The notes beneath the pieces are model-generated. The model saw only the letters and a program-made list of their open reading frames with translations. It did no database searches and was not told where the DNA came from. A program made the translations under genes and the position numbers. From Octopus sinensis (Eukaryota): 64,000 bases of DNA. The number at the start of each line of letters is the position of its first letter. The stretch's first letter is position 1. Positions 1-13,629 of the stretch are shown here, piece by piece. The DNA is taken from NCBI RefSeq assembly GCF_006345805.1, contig NC_043001.1, positions 496,001 through 560,000 of the forward strand. Reading direction: 5' to 3'.

Positions 1-888
1 CAATATCATCATATAACATTGATCTTAATTTTGCAAAACTAATTAATACACTTTTAGAAGTCAGAAACAGAACTCAGATCAAATTCTGGCACTGTTAGTG
101 CACCAAACACTACAAGTTTAGGTAGTCTCAGCTGTTTTGCCATTAGCCATTGAAAACGGTTCAATGTGAAAGGTTGTGAGTTGATATTTTGCTCAGTGAG
201 TTCTGTGATTTTCTTAGTTGTGTGCTTAAGCATTTTACTTAAAATTCAATTCGTGTTGATCTTAAATGCTTTTACAGTTGCAGAAATACGTACTTTCAAT
301 TTAATTTTCAGTGTGGTCAGTGTTGAGCAACCCCCAATTGCAACAATCACCACACACCACTGATTTTACTGTCTTAAACAGAGGCGAATATATTGGACAA
401 AGCAGTTGAGTGAATTGATGTGAAAATAAAAAAGATGGAATAGTCGTGTTTGGAAAGCCTTTAGTGAGAGGTCTGCTTGATCAGAGATGACCTGAGGCTA
501 AATAGCAATCACAAACAAAAGGAAAATAATATCCATGAAGAAATTTGTTTGATCCATCAGAGAAAAATTCTTTTCTTGTCCTTCATTGAGATCAAGGAGA
601 AAGTTTGAAAATAAAATCAATTTAAGAAGATCGATAATTAGTGTGACAGTCAGTGAAGACGTCCTACATTTGTTATTTTGTAATTAGTTGTTCTGACCTA
701 CTCTTTATACAAACATGGCAGAAGTTTTGGAAATGAGGTCTGTGTATGTCTTTGTTGTTGTTTTATGTTTTCTATCAGTTTTACTTTTTCTTTACATTAA
801 ATGGTAAAAAAAAATGGAAACATTTGTTTTAACCTTAATACAAGTAGAATATTTAGGTGTGTGTTTCTGTGAGAAAGAATATGTGAGT

Positions 889-1034
<146 letters not shown>

Positions 1035-1516
1035 ATGAGTGTTTAACCTGAGACTGCATGATATAGAAATGAAAACAAGAATATTTGTGAGAGAAAAATG
1101 ATGAAAGATGGCAGGATGAAATTAACAGTAACAATTACTAATGAAAAACTAAAGTCAAAATTGAAAGAATATTTAAAAGATGAATTTTTTCTAATTAATC
1201 TTGTGCTAAGAAACAAACAAATTATTACAAGAGCTATTGAAAAGAGTGTGTATTACAGTGTTCAATTTCTTTTGTGTAGCAATAGTGTTCATCATAGCTC
1301 TCTGAATCTCCTTTTGGAGAAAGAGCAGAAAGATTTGAGCCATGAACGGTGTAAAAGGACTGTACTGCTAATAACTGTTAGGATGCCAATTAACAAAAAT
1401 AGTGCCACTTGGCAGTTCTCCAGCATGATCTCTGCCATGATGGCTGAAACAAAGCAAGTTGTAAAGACCTTAGGAAATTTTACATAATTTTCTCATTCTA
1501 ATGGGTCATAAATGAT

Positions 1517-1572
<56 letters not shown>

Positions 1573-2625
1573 AGAAAGAAGATAAAAGAAAGAACTTATG
1601 AAAAGGTGAAGAATGTAAAGACATCGTTGTATATAGAATTGGGGAATCAACATCTAGAAGAAACTTAGTCCATCGCAATAAAAGAAACAATTGAAAATAG
1701 TAAGACATTTAGATGAATGAATGACCAGAGGCCAGTGATAAAGATTTTATCAAAGACTTTTTTCACCTTCAAGATTATAGTTTCTTTCAAACCACCACAA
1801 GGGCCTCTATATGGTCACTCAACTAGCTAGGAATAGCAGTAAAATTTTTTTTCAAATCACAGCATGATGCCTTTAAAGATATTTAAAGCTAGAGTGGACC
1901 ATGTAGTATTAGTTAGATGAGGCCTGAAAAATGATAAGAGGGTCATGCGTGAAATGTATTTTATCAGGGCTGACAAAGTTTCTGTCTCTGTGGGAGCATA
2001 AACCCTCATAGGGAAGGAATGAAAAAAGTGTGCCATTCGTACTCTTTATAATAGCACACCTTGGACACAACATGGACAATGAGGTGAGGACAGAGGCAAG
2101 ATTAGATGGGGGGTGCTACTGCAGTAGCAGTAGAAAAGGCAGAGTAAAGAGATGCTATGTTTATGGAGCAGAGTTTAAAATGTGTTGGTCAGTGACTTCT
2201 TGATAATTATGCAGGCAACCTGAATTTATAGCAAGTATGGCTCTTGCTCAATGGCTTTTACTATGACACAGCATATCCATAAAGTCAATGGTGGAAAGGA
2301 AAGTAGGTGATTGAACTGACCTGCGTGTATTACTGGTACATATGTTACTAACTCTAGAAAGATAAAATAGTTATGTTGAAATAGAGATAATCCTTCATGC
2401 TTTTTCTTAATTGGTCAAGTTTTATGCTTGATGACGAGAATCATTTCAAAAGTCAAGCTATTCAAATGCTACATTTTGAGCTTATTGATAAGTTTGATTT
2501 CATCAATTGAAGAGTTTTTATCAATAAGTATTTTCATTACACAGAATATTTTTCATGAGTATTGAAAATTCAAAATAAGAGAGCAGAAACTGAAAACCTG
2601 TTTCAAAAAATATTCCATTTTAAAG

Positions 2626-2751
2626 GAAGATCAATCTGTGTTTTACATGCAAATTAGCCAGAGCTATACAAAGGAATGGGATATAATTTTTCCTGTGAGG
2701 ATTGCAATGGAAAAGATACTGGCACCGTCAAGATTGCTGTTGTTAATCCAT
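2626..2751 (+). CDS. Candidate internal exon of an unidentified plus-strand gene
   Basis: ccattttaaAG acceptor and strong CAT|GTGAGT donor. 42 open codons, phase 0/0 (EDQSVFYMQISQSYTKEWDIIFPVRIAMEKILAPSRLLLLIH). No recognised homology. Confidence 0.3.
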
Positions 2752-3189
2752 GTGAGTTTCTCTTTCATGAGAGTATTACACAAAATCCATAGCAGAATGA
2801 AGTAATTATTTGTATATTAGTATTTTTAGAAGTATAATTGTATGAGCTATTTCTAAAACGTGTTAGCAGCCTTAACTTAATTCTACTGAAGAAATTATCA
2901 AGCACAGGCATAAAATGAGTAAAACAAAAAGAATGGTTTACTCCTGAGGTTATCCAATATCAACCAACAAATAGTTTGATTGGAGGTTTGCTGATATAAT
3001 TGCAAAAATATGAAAATATGACATTTGGAAATTTTTTGAAGTGGAGCCCTGATATCAAAGAGTAGCTTTCACATCATTCCAGTCAACAACATTATAAAAA
3101 AATGGTACATGAAGAATTTCTGACATTCTTTGTGAGGCACACTAGTGATTTGGTGAAACATGAGAAGCCTGCCTTAATATAATTACTCT

Positions 3190-3260
<71 letters not shown>

Positions 3261-3437
3261 TTTGTGTGTGTGTTTGTGATTGTGTGTGTGTTTGTGTGGT
3301 CAAGTGCAATAGTTTTCAAATGAGCTTTGAACAAATTTATTTCTAATATAAGCATGAAATATAAACTTGAAATAAATGAGTGTAGACTGCTGTGAGCTGT
3401 GTAGAAATGAGTATCTCAAAGTGAAGCAACATACATA

Positions 3438-4697
3438 CAGGGGTTGGACAAAATAATGGAAACACTTAGCATCATAATTTTGAAATATCTATAAAACTGT
3501 CAAAAGCTTGTTTATTTTTGTTTTTTGATTTATTGTTAGTGTTGATTAATATGTTTTGCTAAAATTGCTGTTTCTTTTCAGATATCATCAGAAAAAGGTA
3601 ATTAAAATTCATTAAAATGAGAGATCTATAGGACTTTCAAAGTGGACAAATTGTTGGTGCTCATATGGCAGGCGCTAGTATAATGAAAACAGCCAAAATG
3701 TTTGGTGTATCAAGAGGTACTGTTTCAAAAGTAATGGCAGCTTTTGAGAAAAAAGGAGAAACCTCCTCGTCGAAACAAAACTCCGGAAGCAAACCAAAAC
3801 TTTCAGATAGGGACCGTTGGACTCTTACACGAATTGTTAGAAAGGATCATAAAAGTACAGCTCCCAAAATTACTGCAGAGCTTAATGATCACCTTGAGAA
3901 CCCAGTTTCCACAAAAACTTTTCCCCAGGAGCTGTACAAAGCCAGATTTCATGGTAGGGTTGCAATCAGAAAACCACTACTTTCAAAAACAAACATTTTT
4001 CAAAAGCAAAGCATTTAGAGTGGAGTAAAAATCTACAGAATTGGTTCCCAGAGCAGTGGAAGAATGTTATTTTCTTGGACGAGTCATCCTTTACCTTATT
4101 TCCAGCCACCAGCTGAGTATACATGTGGAGACAGCCAAAAGAAGCACTTGACCAGACTGTCTTCTTCCAACTGTTAAACATGCAAGAGGATCTGTGATGA
4201 CCAGGTGGGGGGGGGCTATATCTTAGAAATCCACCAGCCCAAAGGTTTCCCTTCATGGCAGAATTAATGGTCAAGACTATTTAAATATTTTATCTGATCA
4301 AATTCATACTATGGTTGCAGAACTGTTTCTGAAGGGAAACGCAATCTTTCAGGATAATAATGCACCATTTCACACAGCTAAAGTGGTTACTGAATGGCAT
4401 GAGGAACATTCTAGTGAAGATGAACATCTTATCTGGCTACAAAAGTCCCCAGACCTCAATATTATCGAACATTTATGGGGTACATTTTAGAAAAACAAGT
4501 AAGGAGTCGTCACTACAAGAACTGGAGACTTTTAGCTGAAGAATGGAGAAAATTTCCATTGGAAACAATCCAAACTTTGTACAAGTTCATACCTCATAGA
4601 ATTCAAGGTGTAATTACTTCCAAAGGTGGTCCTACTCCATATTAAAATAAATTTGCTTAAAATTTTAAGGCGTTTTCATTATTTTTTCCAACCCCTG
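3438..4697 (+). mobile_element. Full-length but pseudogenised Tc1-like DNA transposon (DD36E spacing)
   Basis: TA TSDs at 3436-37 and 4698-99. TIR CAGGGGTTGGACAAAATAATGGAAAC / GTTTTCATTATTTTTTCCAACCCCTG. Transposase from ATG ~3617 with HTH, IRKPLLS, VIFLDES and QDNNAPFHT...SPDLNIIEHLW, interrupted by stops and frameshifts. Confidence 0.95.
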
Positions 4698-5843
4698 TAT
4701 ATGCTTACACACACACACACATACACACATGTGCATACATACAACACAACATAACTATGCTGCAACTTCTAAGTTGACCTTGATGCAATCTTTAATAATG
4801 TATTCTTGATGCTTGACTATGAAATTAACAAGAGTCCAAATGGTGTGACCCTGACATTCAGGATGTAAGCAATCCAGAAACATGGTGGTTTCAATCAGCT
4901 GCTTTCTGATTGTTTACAAGAATTAACTTGGTTAAGAGATGTCTGTTTTGAATCACTCCTTAAAGTAAATCTTTACGACTTTCTCTGCTGAGATTGTTGA
5001 AGCAATATCTAAATGAAAGAAGCTTGGAGTTGAAGCAATGCATTTAGTTATCCCATGAAACACATTCAGTAGCCAACCATTATACTAGACCAGTTTTGGC
5101 TTCTACAATAAAGTATTTTTCTTTGTTTATTTGAAATGTTTAAATCAATGCTGTTCTTAAAATGTAGCAGAATCAGATATATGCACACACTCTCATATAT
5201 AAAAGCAAATGACTACATATTGATACATACGAACATGAGAAAAGAACTCAATATGAAGTGCAGAAAAATATAAAATTTATAATGTAACTTTTTTATATAT
5301 GTGCATGTTTTTGTGTATGTGTTCGTTATGTGTAAGGTAAGGAGTATTATACACCCAGATCTCGTTTTTGTCTCCTCAGCCTTTTGTGCAACTATACATG
5401 TCAATAGATTGAGTACAGTTGACAAAAGGGCTAATCGAATGGCATCTGGGCCTGGATGTATAAACCTGCTTACCTTATGTAGATCAAGCATTGCACACTG
5501 TTAATACAAATGTGTTTAAAACTGATTAATATAGGTTTCTTGAAAGACAATTGCTTTTGTGAGAAACTTGGAGTAATAGCATTTAAAACTGAGAATGTTT
5601 GAAATACACCCATAAACACTTTCAAGCAAGTAAAAACTGTTTTTTGATTTTTTTAATTCAGTATTTCATGCTTTATTCAAATTCACAATCTATCTATAGT
5701 TATTATATAGAATATTTGATTCTCTATGCCAATATAAAATGTCACAATATTTAAAAAATAAAAATATTCTTGAGAATGACTTTAACTTCATTTAGAAACC
5801 ATTTTTTTTTCTGCTTTTCTTTTTCCCCCTCTTTGTTGGCTAG

Positions 5844-5894
5844 ATAGACAAACAAAATCAATTGGAAGAATATGAGAAGACTGTTTGCAACAGA
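5844..5894 (+). CDS. Candidate internal exon of an unidentified plus-strand gene
   Basis: Long pyrimidine tract ending ggctAG. Phase 0, IDKQNQLEEYEKTVCNR, weak donor GTATAT. Confidence 0.25.
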
Positions 5895-6524
5895 GTATAT
5901 TATTGGTACCATTTACTGTTTTTTTTAAAAATTTCATTTGCTTAAGTCATTTTTCAAAGGGCACTTCAGATAACTACATTGTGATGTTTACAGTGTGTCT
6001 GTGTGCATGTGTACAAAAGTATCAAAAAATGGATGTGAATGTGATAGCACACAAGGTGATAACTGCGTTGGGCTAATATAACTATGAAATTGCTAAACTT
6101 TTGTTAAACTGGAACGTGTTTTTTATTGAAATATCACTGTGTTTTTGTCATTTTGTCATTGACAATTGACAAATGCTTTCATTTTTTCTTCTCTAACACA
6201 CAGATATATGCTCTAACGCACCTACACATTTGTGCATGTGCATGTGTGATACATATACACACACATATTTATACACACACACACACACACGTGTATCTTT
6301 TATTGGAAATTTATCATAATATTGCAAGCTGAAAAGTCACAGCCATAAATTTTTAATGCAAAATAAATAAAAGAAAGCTGGAAAAATTTAAATGAAAAAC
6401 TGAAACATCCACAATTCTTATTTTAAAATGTTTATGTGGCATGACATAAGAAAGGACAAGCCCATGACTTCTGGTCCTTTTCAAGCAAATGACCCATATT
6501 TTTTCGTTTTTTAATATTTGTAAG

Positions 6525-6629
6525 AAAATATCTTTGACACCATTTTGGGAAGCTTGTTATATTTCTGATAGCAGTTTTGATTCGCAAGGCATATATGATG
6601 TGATTGATGAACTTGTTGGGAGCATTTAG
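6525..6629 (+). CDS. Candidate terminal exon of an unidentified plus-strand gene
   Basis: T-rich tract then taAG. Phase 0, KISLTPFWEACYISDSSFDSQGIYDVIDELVGSI*, followed by U-rich UTR-like sequence. Confidence 0.2.
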   Translation, partial: KISLTPFWEACYISDSSFDSQGIYDVIDELVGSI

Positions 6630-6667
6630 CATCTATACAAGATTATTATTATTATTATTATTATTAC

Positions 6668-6708
<41 letters not shown>

Positions 6709-9700
6709 TAGTAGTAGTGGCAATGAAATCATCATCATCATCATTATTAATAGTAGGTATTGTGTTTTTGTTGTTGTCATATAACTGTGCTTTTTTTCCA
6801 ATTTCACATACGGGATTATTACTGAGGCACTAAATCCTGCCAGTGGATGGGGAATGGGAAGAAATGTGTTTGTCTGACCTCAATGTTTTACCCAATCATT
6901 TAGCAGTATAAGTGAACTGAACTGAATTAACTTCAGCTGGGAATTGAAACTGAGTCACAAGCTCAGCTTGCTGAGAGCATATTTTGACTTTACAATGCAT
7001 GCTGTGTCACACCACTTCAAGCTACACCACACCTCTATAGATTTAGGATAATATTGATTATAAAACAAATTACTTTTAAAATTGAATATATCTAAAAATA
7101 ACAAAAAAAAAATGAAAAAGACTGCATTTTTGTAAAGTTTTTTTTTGTTTTATTTTTTTAAAGATCTTCACATTATTGCATTAAAGTTTGTAATAGGCTT
7201 ATCTTTTTTTTTATTTTGTTTATTTTTGTTGTGGCTTTTGTTGAATCCAGATATGAAAAATATACAATTTCTATTTACAGACAATTTAATTTTTTTTTGA
7301 AACATAAAAAAAAATGTTTTTCAGAAGCATACACAAAGACACATTAAAAAAATTAGGCTACATATCAGCTACTAAACGAGAGAGAGAGAGAGAGAGAGAG
7401 AGGGGGAGAGAGAGAGAGATTACAGAAAGGATATTCGCAGACTTGATTTGAATACAAGAAAACACTTTTTTAAGATGTCTGCCATTTTTGCAATTAAGGG
7501 TTAATGAGACATAGAGGAGGTATATAATATTGATGATGGCTTTTTCCAAAAAATTGAAAAATCAAGTACCAATAGAAATTAATCACAATCATGAGTGCTT
7601 TGATGAGTTCTAGTAAAATCTGACAAAAAGTAAAATATTTACGGATTCAATGAAGAAAAATGAAATGAGTATTTGTTTATTTATCTATTGTTGTTGTTGC
7701 TATTATTATTATTATCATTATGTAGTCTTCTTATTATTATTATTCAATAATTTTATTTCTAATGCATGCTTTCACTGAGTGCTGTTGTTTTGTGCATTGG
7801 ATATGTTACAGTCTTTTTGTTTTGGTTTTGTTAGATTTTACTTTGCATAGTACGTGTGCTGTGCTTAAGTGATACCATTTTTGTGTGTCAGGTATATTTG
7901 TAAATCCTGGACTTTTTTATGTATTTGTTTGTGTTTCTTTTTAATCATTCCTGAAGCACTTATTATTTATAGGGAGTGTTTCAGTTTTCAGGCCCCACAT
8001 TCAGCTCCTCTCTGTTTCCCTATCTTTATATTTAGATAATTTCTCTTTTCCTTTTAGAGACTGAATATCATCTGATGGGACTGCTGTGTTGTTGTTGTTG
8101 TTATTGCTTTTGCTATCATTATTAGTTGTTATGTGAAATTTACATGAAGCATTTTTTGGTTTTAATTGCAGAAGATTAAAATGTTTATTTATTATTGCTA
8201 TTAAGTCTATTCCTTATTTTCCCTTTGTATTCTGGTGTTTATTTTCTATTTCCTTGCAACGAAGTGATTCATTTATATGTTTGTTTGTTTTTTATCTTTG
8301 ATTCTAAAATCTTATTTTCACAAGTATTTAAACACTAGATGTGAGCAAACACAAATATATCATCATCATTTAACGTCCATGTTCCATAATACGCATACAT
8401 ACAAATATACTTTATATAAAACACACACGCATGCATGCATGTGCTCATGCACACACACACACACACACAAATTCAGAGTTTGAAATTTACAAAAAGTCTC
8501 CAGCAGGATATTATGTAAGAAAATATAATCAGTGAAATGACTGATAATAGTGGTGTTATTATTCCTTTTTAAGAGAAACATTCTCATTATCTTAAATTTC
8601 ATGTCATCCGTCAAGTAATTCATTCTTGCATCAGAAACTTATTGGATGTTGAAACAAAACCGAATGCAAACCAATCTCTCTGACTTTGTTAAGTCTGTGG
8701 CACAAGCATGAGGAACTCAATCCCAGTGTCTCTGCAGTCAAGATACTGAATAAAATATATTTAACCATTGCAATACTCCATTTGCTCTTGTAATCTTTGA
8801 TAGTTTTCCTGTTTTAACTCTTTATTTAATTATTTTTCATCAATATGCATTCAGGAAAGAAAATAGCTTCATTGAATATTTGAATTTTAGAGTGATCAAA
8901 TGAGGAACTCTGGTAGGCTTATTAGAAAATCAGACAAAATGCTCTTTACTGAATTCAGTTCTGCTGAGAGTAACTTTGTCTTCTGAAGGTGATAAAATAA
9001 AGTTCTAGTCCAGTGGGGATGATGTGGCAGAATTCCGAGGGCATTGTATAAAATATTTTGTGATATTTCTTTCAGCTGAGGTAGCTGTGGAGATCTTAAT
9101 GAATATCTGACATGATGGCATCTTGTAAAATGTACCTAAAAGAAGGCAATGGGAAATTGACTCTGTTCTCCTATGAAAATTCTTTCCTGAGCACATTGTG
9201 TTTGCCAAGGAAGTCACTAATGGTTATTTGTCAATTTAATGGTAAACGTTTGGCCCCATTGTTATCCCTGACTGAACAACTGATGATCAGAAGCATTCCA
9301 GTTATGAGAAGTCTATCTTTTTCCTATGTGCAATGAACCTAGGATAATATGATTCAACATAATTCTTTTTTTTGTTTCTATCATGATAGGGTATGAGATT
9401 AGGAAAATATGTTATTTTTAGTAAGTTGAACAACCATATAAGAGCTTTTTTATTCGTTCATAGGTTGGTGTCTGTGCATTTGACTTAATCTTTACAAATG
9501 TTTCATATCACGTCACAGTGAAACTGTTTTGCTATTGAGTCTTCTGAAGGGTATTTGCCAAAAACTCAATGCTATTTTTAGTAATGTCAAAATAAGCTTA
9601 CCATTAATGATATAATTGATTGTTTGCTAATACCTAATTTAATTTTGCCTTACTTTGACTGAGGTGATGGTGTCACACTGTTGATATATTTCAAGTGTTG

Positions 9701-11046
9701 TGATTGTTTTTATGTGTGAGTATACATGCATATATATATATATATATATATATAAATACACACATACTAGAGCTTATACACACACAGATACCTATGTTTA
9801 GAGAGAGAGGGGGAGGAGAGAGAGTAAAGGATAGATAAGCTGATAGAAAATGATTGATATTCTTAATGTCATAATATTCCTATCTCATCAATTTTTGATA
9901 CTGTCAAACATTTCTGTCAATTTACAATTCCATTTAGCAAAGAGCTTCTAGGTAATTCTTTGAACTGCCCAATGTTGGTGGCTGAATTGTTAAAGTGTAG
10001 AACAAAATGCCTTGTAATATTTGTTTTTGCTGTCTATATTCTGAGTTCAAGTTCTACCAACACCAATCATGCCTTTCACTCTTTCATGGTGGATAAAGTT
10101 AAGTACCAGACCAGGGCAGAAGACTGGTACAATTACTAATGTTGCATAGTATGCCGTATGATATTTGTTCTGGCAGTGTGTGTCATGAGTAGACTTAATC
10201 TGTTACCGAGTTTTACATCATGAATTGATCTTTGAGGGGCCTTTAGTGAAGTTGCTTTGTTTCAAGCATTTGGAATGGCTTACCAAATTGAGGATAACTT
10301 TCTCCCATTTCCCTCACTAGTTTTGAAGGTCCTGAAAAAAAGGGTTATGGTTGATGCGATTCCCCCCATAACTAAGCAGAAAATACACACACACATCAAA
10401 CTAATGGGCTCCCCTTAAAAAGAGAATATGATGTCTAATTCTGAACTATCACAACTGTGTGACCTTATTAAAGATCTGATAGCTTGTTGAAACTAGATTT
10501 TGGTTATTGCTATACCTTAGATCTGTACATGCTGAACTACTTGTTATACTTAGTAACAATAACTTACTGAATGTTGACTGCTTAAGACTTGTATGTATCA
10601 TTCTTTAATTGTGCTCAAAATCCCAGAGAAAGTTTGGTACTGATATTTGTAAATATTACCAATAGTCTTTCTCTTTGAGAATCTTTTTAAAGATGGATGT
10701 CTACAAGCCTAAATGAGCCCTTTGCTTTATATGTTTAATAAATATGATTGTATCTTACATACACATGCATGCATGTGAACACACACACACACACACACAC
10801 TTTCTCTCTCTCACTCATATGCATGTCATATGGTAGGTGGTACATCATCATCGTTTAACGTCCGTTTTCCATGCTAGCATGGGTCACATTGAGACAAAAC
10901 ATGAGTGGTATTTCACATCACATAACATTGTTATTTTGTCATTTGTTAAACATCAACTACAAGAGCTCACTGAACATTATTCTACATAAACTAGCATGGA
11001 AACATATTTAATAAATGTATGGGCAAAGAATAGCCTGGGCAAAGTT

Positions 11047-12040
11047 CAGAGGGCTCTTACCCCTGCTGGTGACAAAAGCCTCTCGCTCAGAGTAAAAGGC
11101 AGACTGTATGATGCATGTGTATGAACAGCCATGCTACATGGTAGTGAAACATGGGCTGTGACTGCTGAGGATATGCGTAAGCTCACAAGAAATAAAGCCA
11201 GTATGCTCCGATGGATGTGTAATGACAGTGTGCATAATCGACAGAGTGTAAGTACCTTGAGAGAAAAGTTGGGCCTAAGAAGCATCAGTTGTGGTGTGCA
11301 AGAGAGACATTTGCGCTGGTATGGTCATGTGACAAGAATGGCTGAAGATAGTTGTGTGAAAAAGTGCCACATCCTAGCGGTTGAGGAAAACCTGGGACGA
11401 GGTGGTGAAGCACGACCTTCGAACTTTAGGTTTCACCAAGGAAATGACTAGAGACCGAGACCTATGGAAGTATGCTGTGCGTGAGAAGACCCGGCAGGAC
11501 TAGTGAGACCATAACCTGTGGCCTCTACCTGGGATGTAGCCAGTCGACTTTCCTTCTTGGACACAAAACTCCACTTGTGAAGACCCATTGAGGCAAGTGG
11601 AAATCAGAACCAACATGGAAGTCGATCAACATCAATGGAAATTGCAGCTGTGATACCAGTGCCGGTGGCACATAAGCGAACCATCCGATCATGGCTGTTG
11701 CCAGCGCTGCCCTGACTGGCCTCCATGCCGGTGGCACGTAAAAAGCACCATCTGATCGTGGCCGTTGCCAGCCTCGCCTGGCCCCCGTGCCATTGGCACA
11801 TAAAAAGCACCATCCGACCATGGCCGTTTTCCAGCCCCGTCTGGCACCTGTGCCGATGGCACGTAAAAAGCACCCACTACAGCCACAGAGTGGTTGGCAT
11901 TAGGAAGGGCATCTAGCCGTAGAAACATTGCCAGATCAGACTGGGCTTGGTGCAGCCTTCTGGCTTCCCAGACCCCAGTTGAACCGTCCAACCCATGCTA
12001 GCATGGAAAGCGGACGCTAAATGATGATGATGATGATGAT
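11047..12040 (+). mobile_element. 5'-truncated RTE-clade LINE (ORF end, 3' UTR with internal tandem units, (GAT)n tail)
   Basis: ORF 11131-11451 (MLHGSETWAVT...LRWYGHV) is near-identical to the 39975-40652 copy. Tail aaccgtccaacccatgctagcatggaaagcggacg-(ATG)n. Confidence 0.9.
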
Positions 12041-12339
12041 GTTTAGCTTTGCTGCACATGTATATCTCATAGTTAAAACACAGGGTGTTCTCAGCAGAAT
12101 GAAGTGAAGAACAGCTCAGGTAATTTCATCTAGTCATCACTAGCTCATCAGGTATGTCCACTCCATTTGTAAAATAGAGACAGACAGCAGCTTTTAACTA
12201 TTTACAAAAGAGTTGTAGAGAAACTTTTAATACTTTTGCTTATTTGTATGTCAATAAGTTCATTGTGTGTGTGCGTGTGTGTGTGTGTGTGTGATATTCC
12301 CCCCCTCTACCAGTGCCCTCCTTGTCTCTTTTCACCCTA

Positions 12340-13050
12340 CTCCATCAGCGATTGCTCTCTCTCTTCTACCCACTCTCATGGTTGTGTTGCTCTGAATGAC
12401 TGGAGACAATATGGGATCAAGCAATCTCACAACTATTGGCTATGATAAAGTGTATCCAATACATTCAAGTGGTAGATGACTATCATAGTCAAAAAGACTC
12501 TTAGTAATGGCAAGGACATGACAAGCTCTCTAGTGCTTGTACCTCTTTCTTTATCAATGTTTGCCATTTTGTTAGAGTGTGTTGCTGAGGAGACTCTGTC
12601 AATTGACTAAAATTGAATTTCATTTACTGATCTAAGGTCCTTGGATCAAGATTCTTGGGACAGGCTGGTGCATCTCTACAGTGTTTGTTATGCCTATGTA
12701 GGGACAATTTTGTCATTCACATTTGACAACCATTTGACAACCAGTCCATCTCCAGCTTCATGTCCTGATCAAAAGCAATATGGCAAAGATAAGGTCTCTG
12801 AAATCAGCCTCTCTTACTTTAGTGACAGCAGAAATTTTACAAGTTACCATCAATGAGATTTGGGATGCAGATGTCTGGGATGCTGCTGTCAAAAGCTTCA
12901 TTCAGCATTGCAGATAATATCATACTGAAGAGTGTTGCCATTTTTATGATTAACTTTGGACTTATTTTCTTCTTGGTAGTATCCACTTTGCAGAGTGTAC
13001 TTGATGTGTTAGATTCCTTACTACAATGTGATGTGTTCATTTACTCAAAG
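12340..13050 (-). pseudogene. Highly degraded RTE (BovB-like) LINE 3' relic
   Basis: Frameshifted minus-strand translation resembles RTE RT (AVTKVREADFRDLIFA) and the C-terminal C2H2-like knuckle. Confidence 0.45.
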
Positions 13051-13629
13051 CAATGTAAACAACAAAATGAACGAAAGAAAAAGTGACAACAACAAACAGG
13101 ATGGGTGGATGACAAAAGCGAAAGCATGATGGTAAAGAGAGTGATTGATATGAGAGAGAGAGAAAGGGAGAGAGAGAAAGGGAGAGAGAGAGAGAGGGAG
13201 AGAGAGAGGGAGAGAGAAAGAGAGAGAGAGAGAAAGTGAGTGATAGGTAGTATCAGAAGTGGATAAATGTGAAGAGTGAAGTCAATAAGTGGCCAGGGGT
13301 AAAGGGCTGATAGTAGAGTGGATGGGCACAGTTGGATACATTGATGGGAAAAAGAGGGAGAGTGGTAAAGATATTAGGAGGAGGGACTGAATACTGGTGA
13401 ATTGAATGCCAAACCTCATTTCATAGGGAGCTTAGAGCAGTGAATAGAATAAACTGTGAAAAATTTTAAAAATCAAGTTAGACTAGTTCACACAGAGAGC
13501 CTGCATAGTATAGTGAATAGGGGAGACAGGGAAACCCACAACTATCTTTATGTACAGCAGCAGTATGGTACAGTGACTAGAAGAAAGAGGGAGTGACAGA
13601 AGAAAGTCTGTCATGTGTGTGTGTGTATT

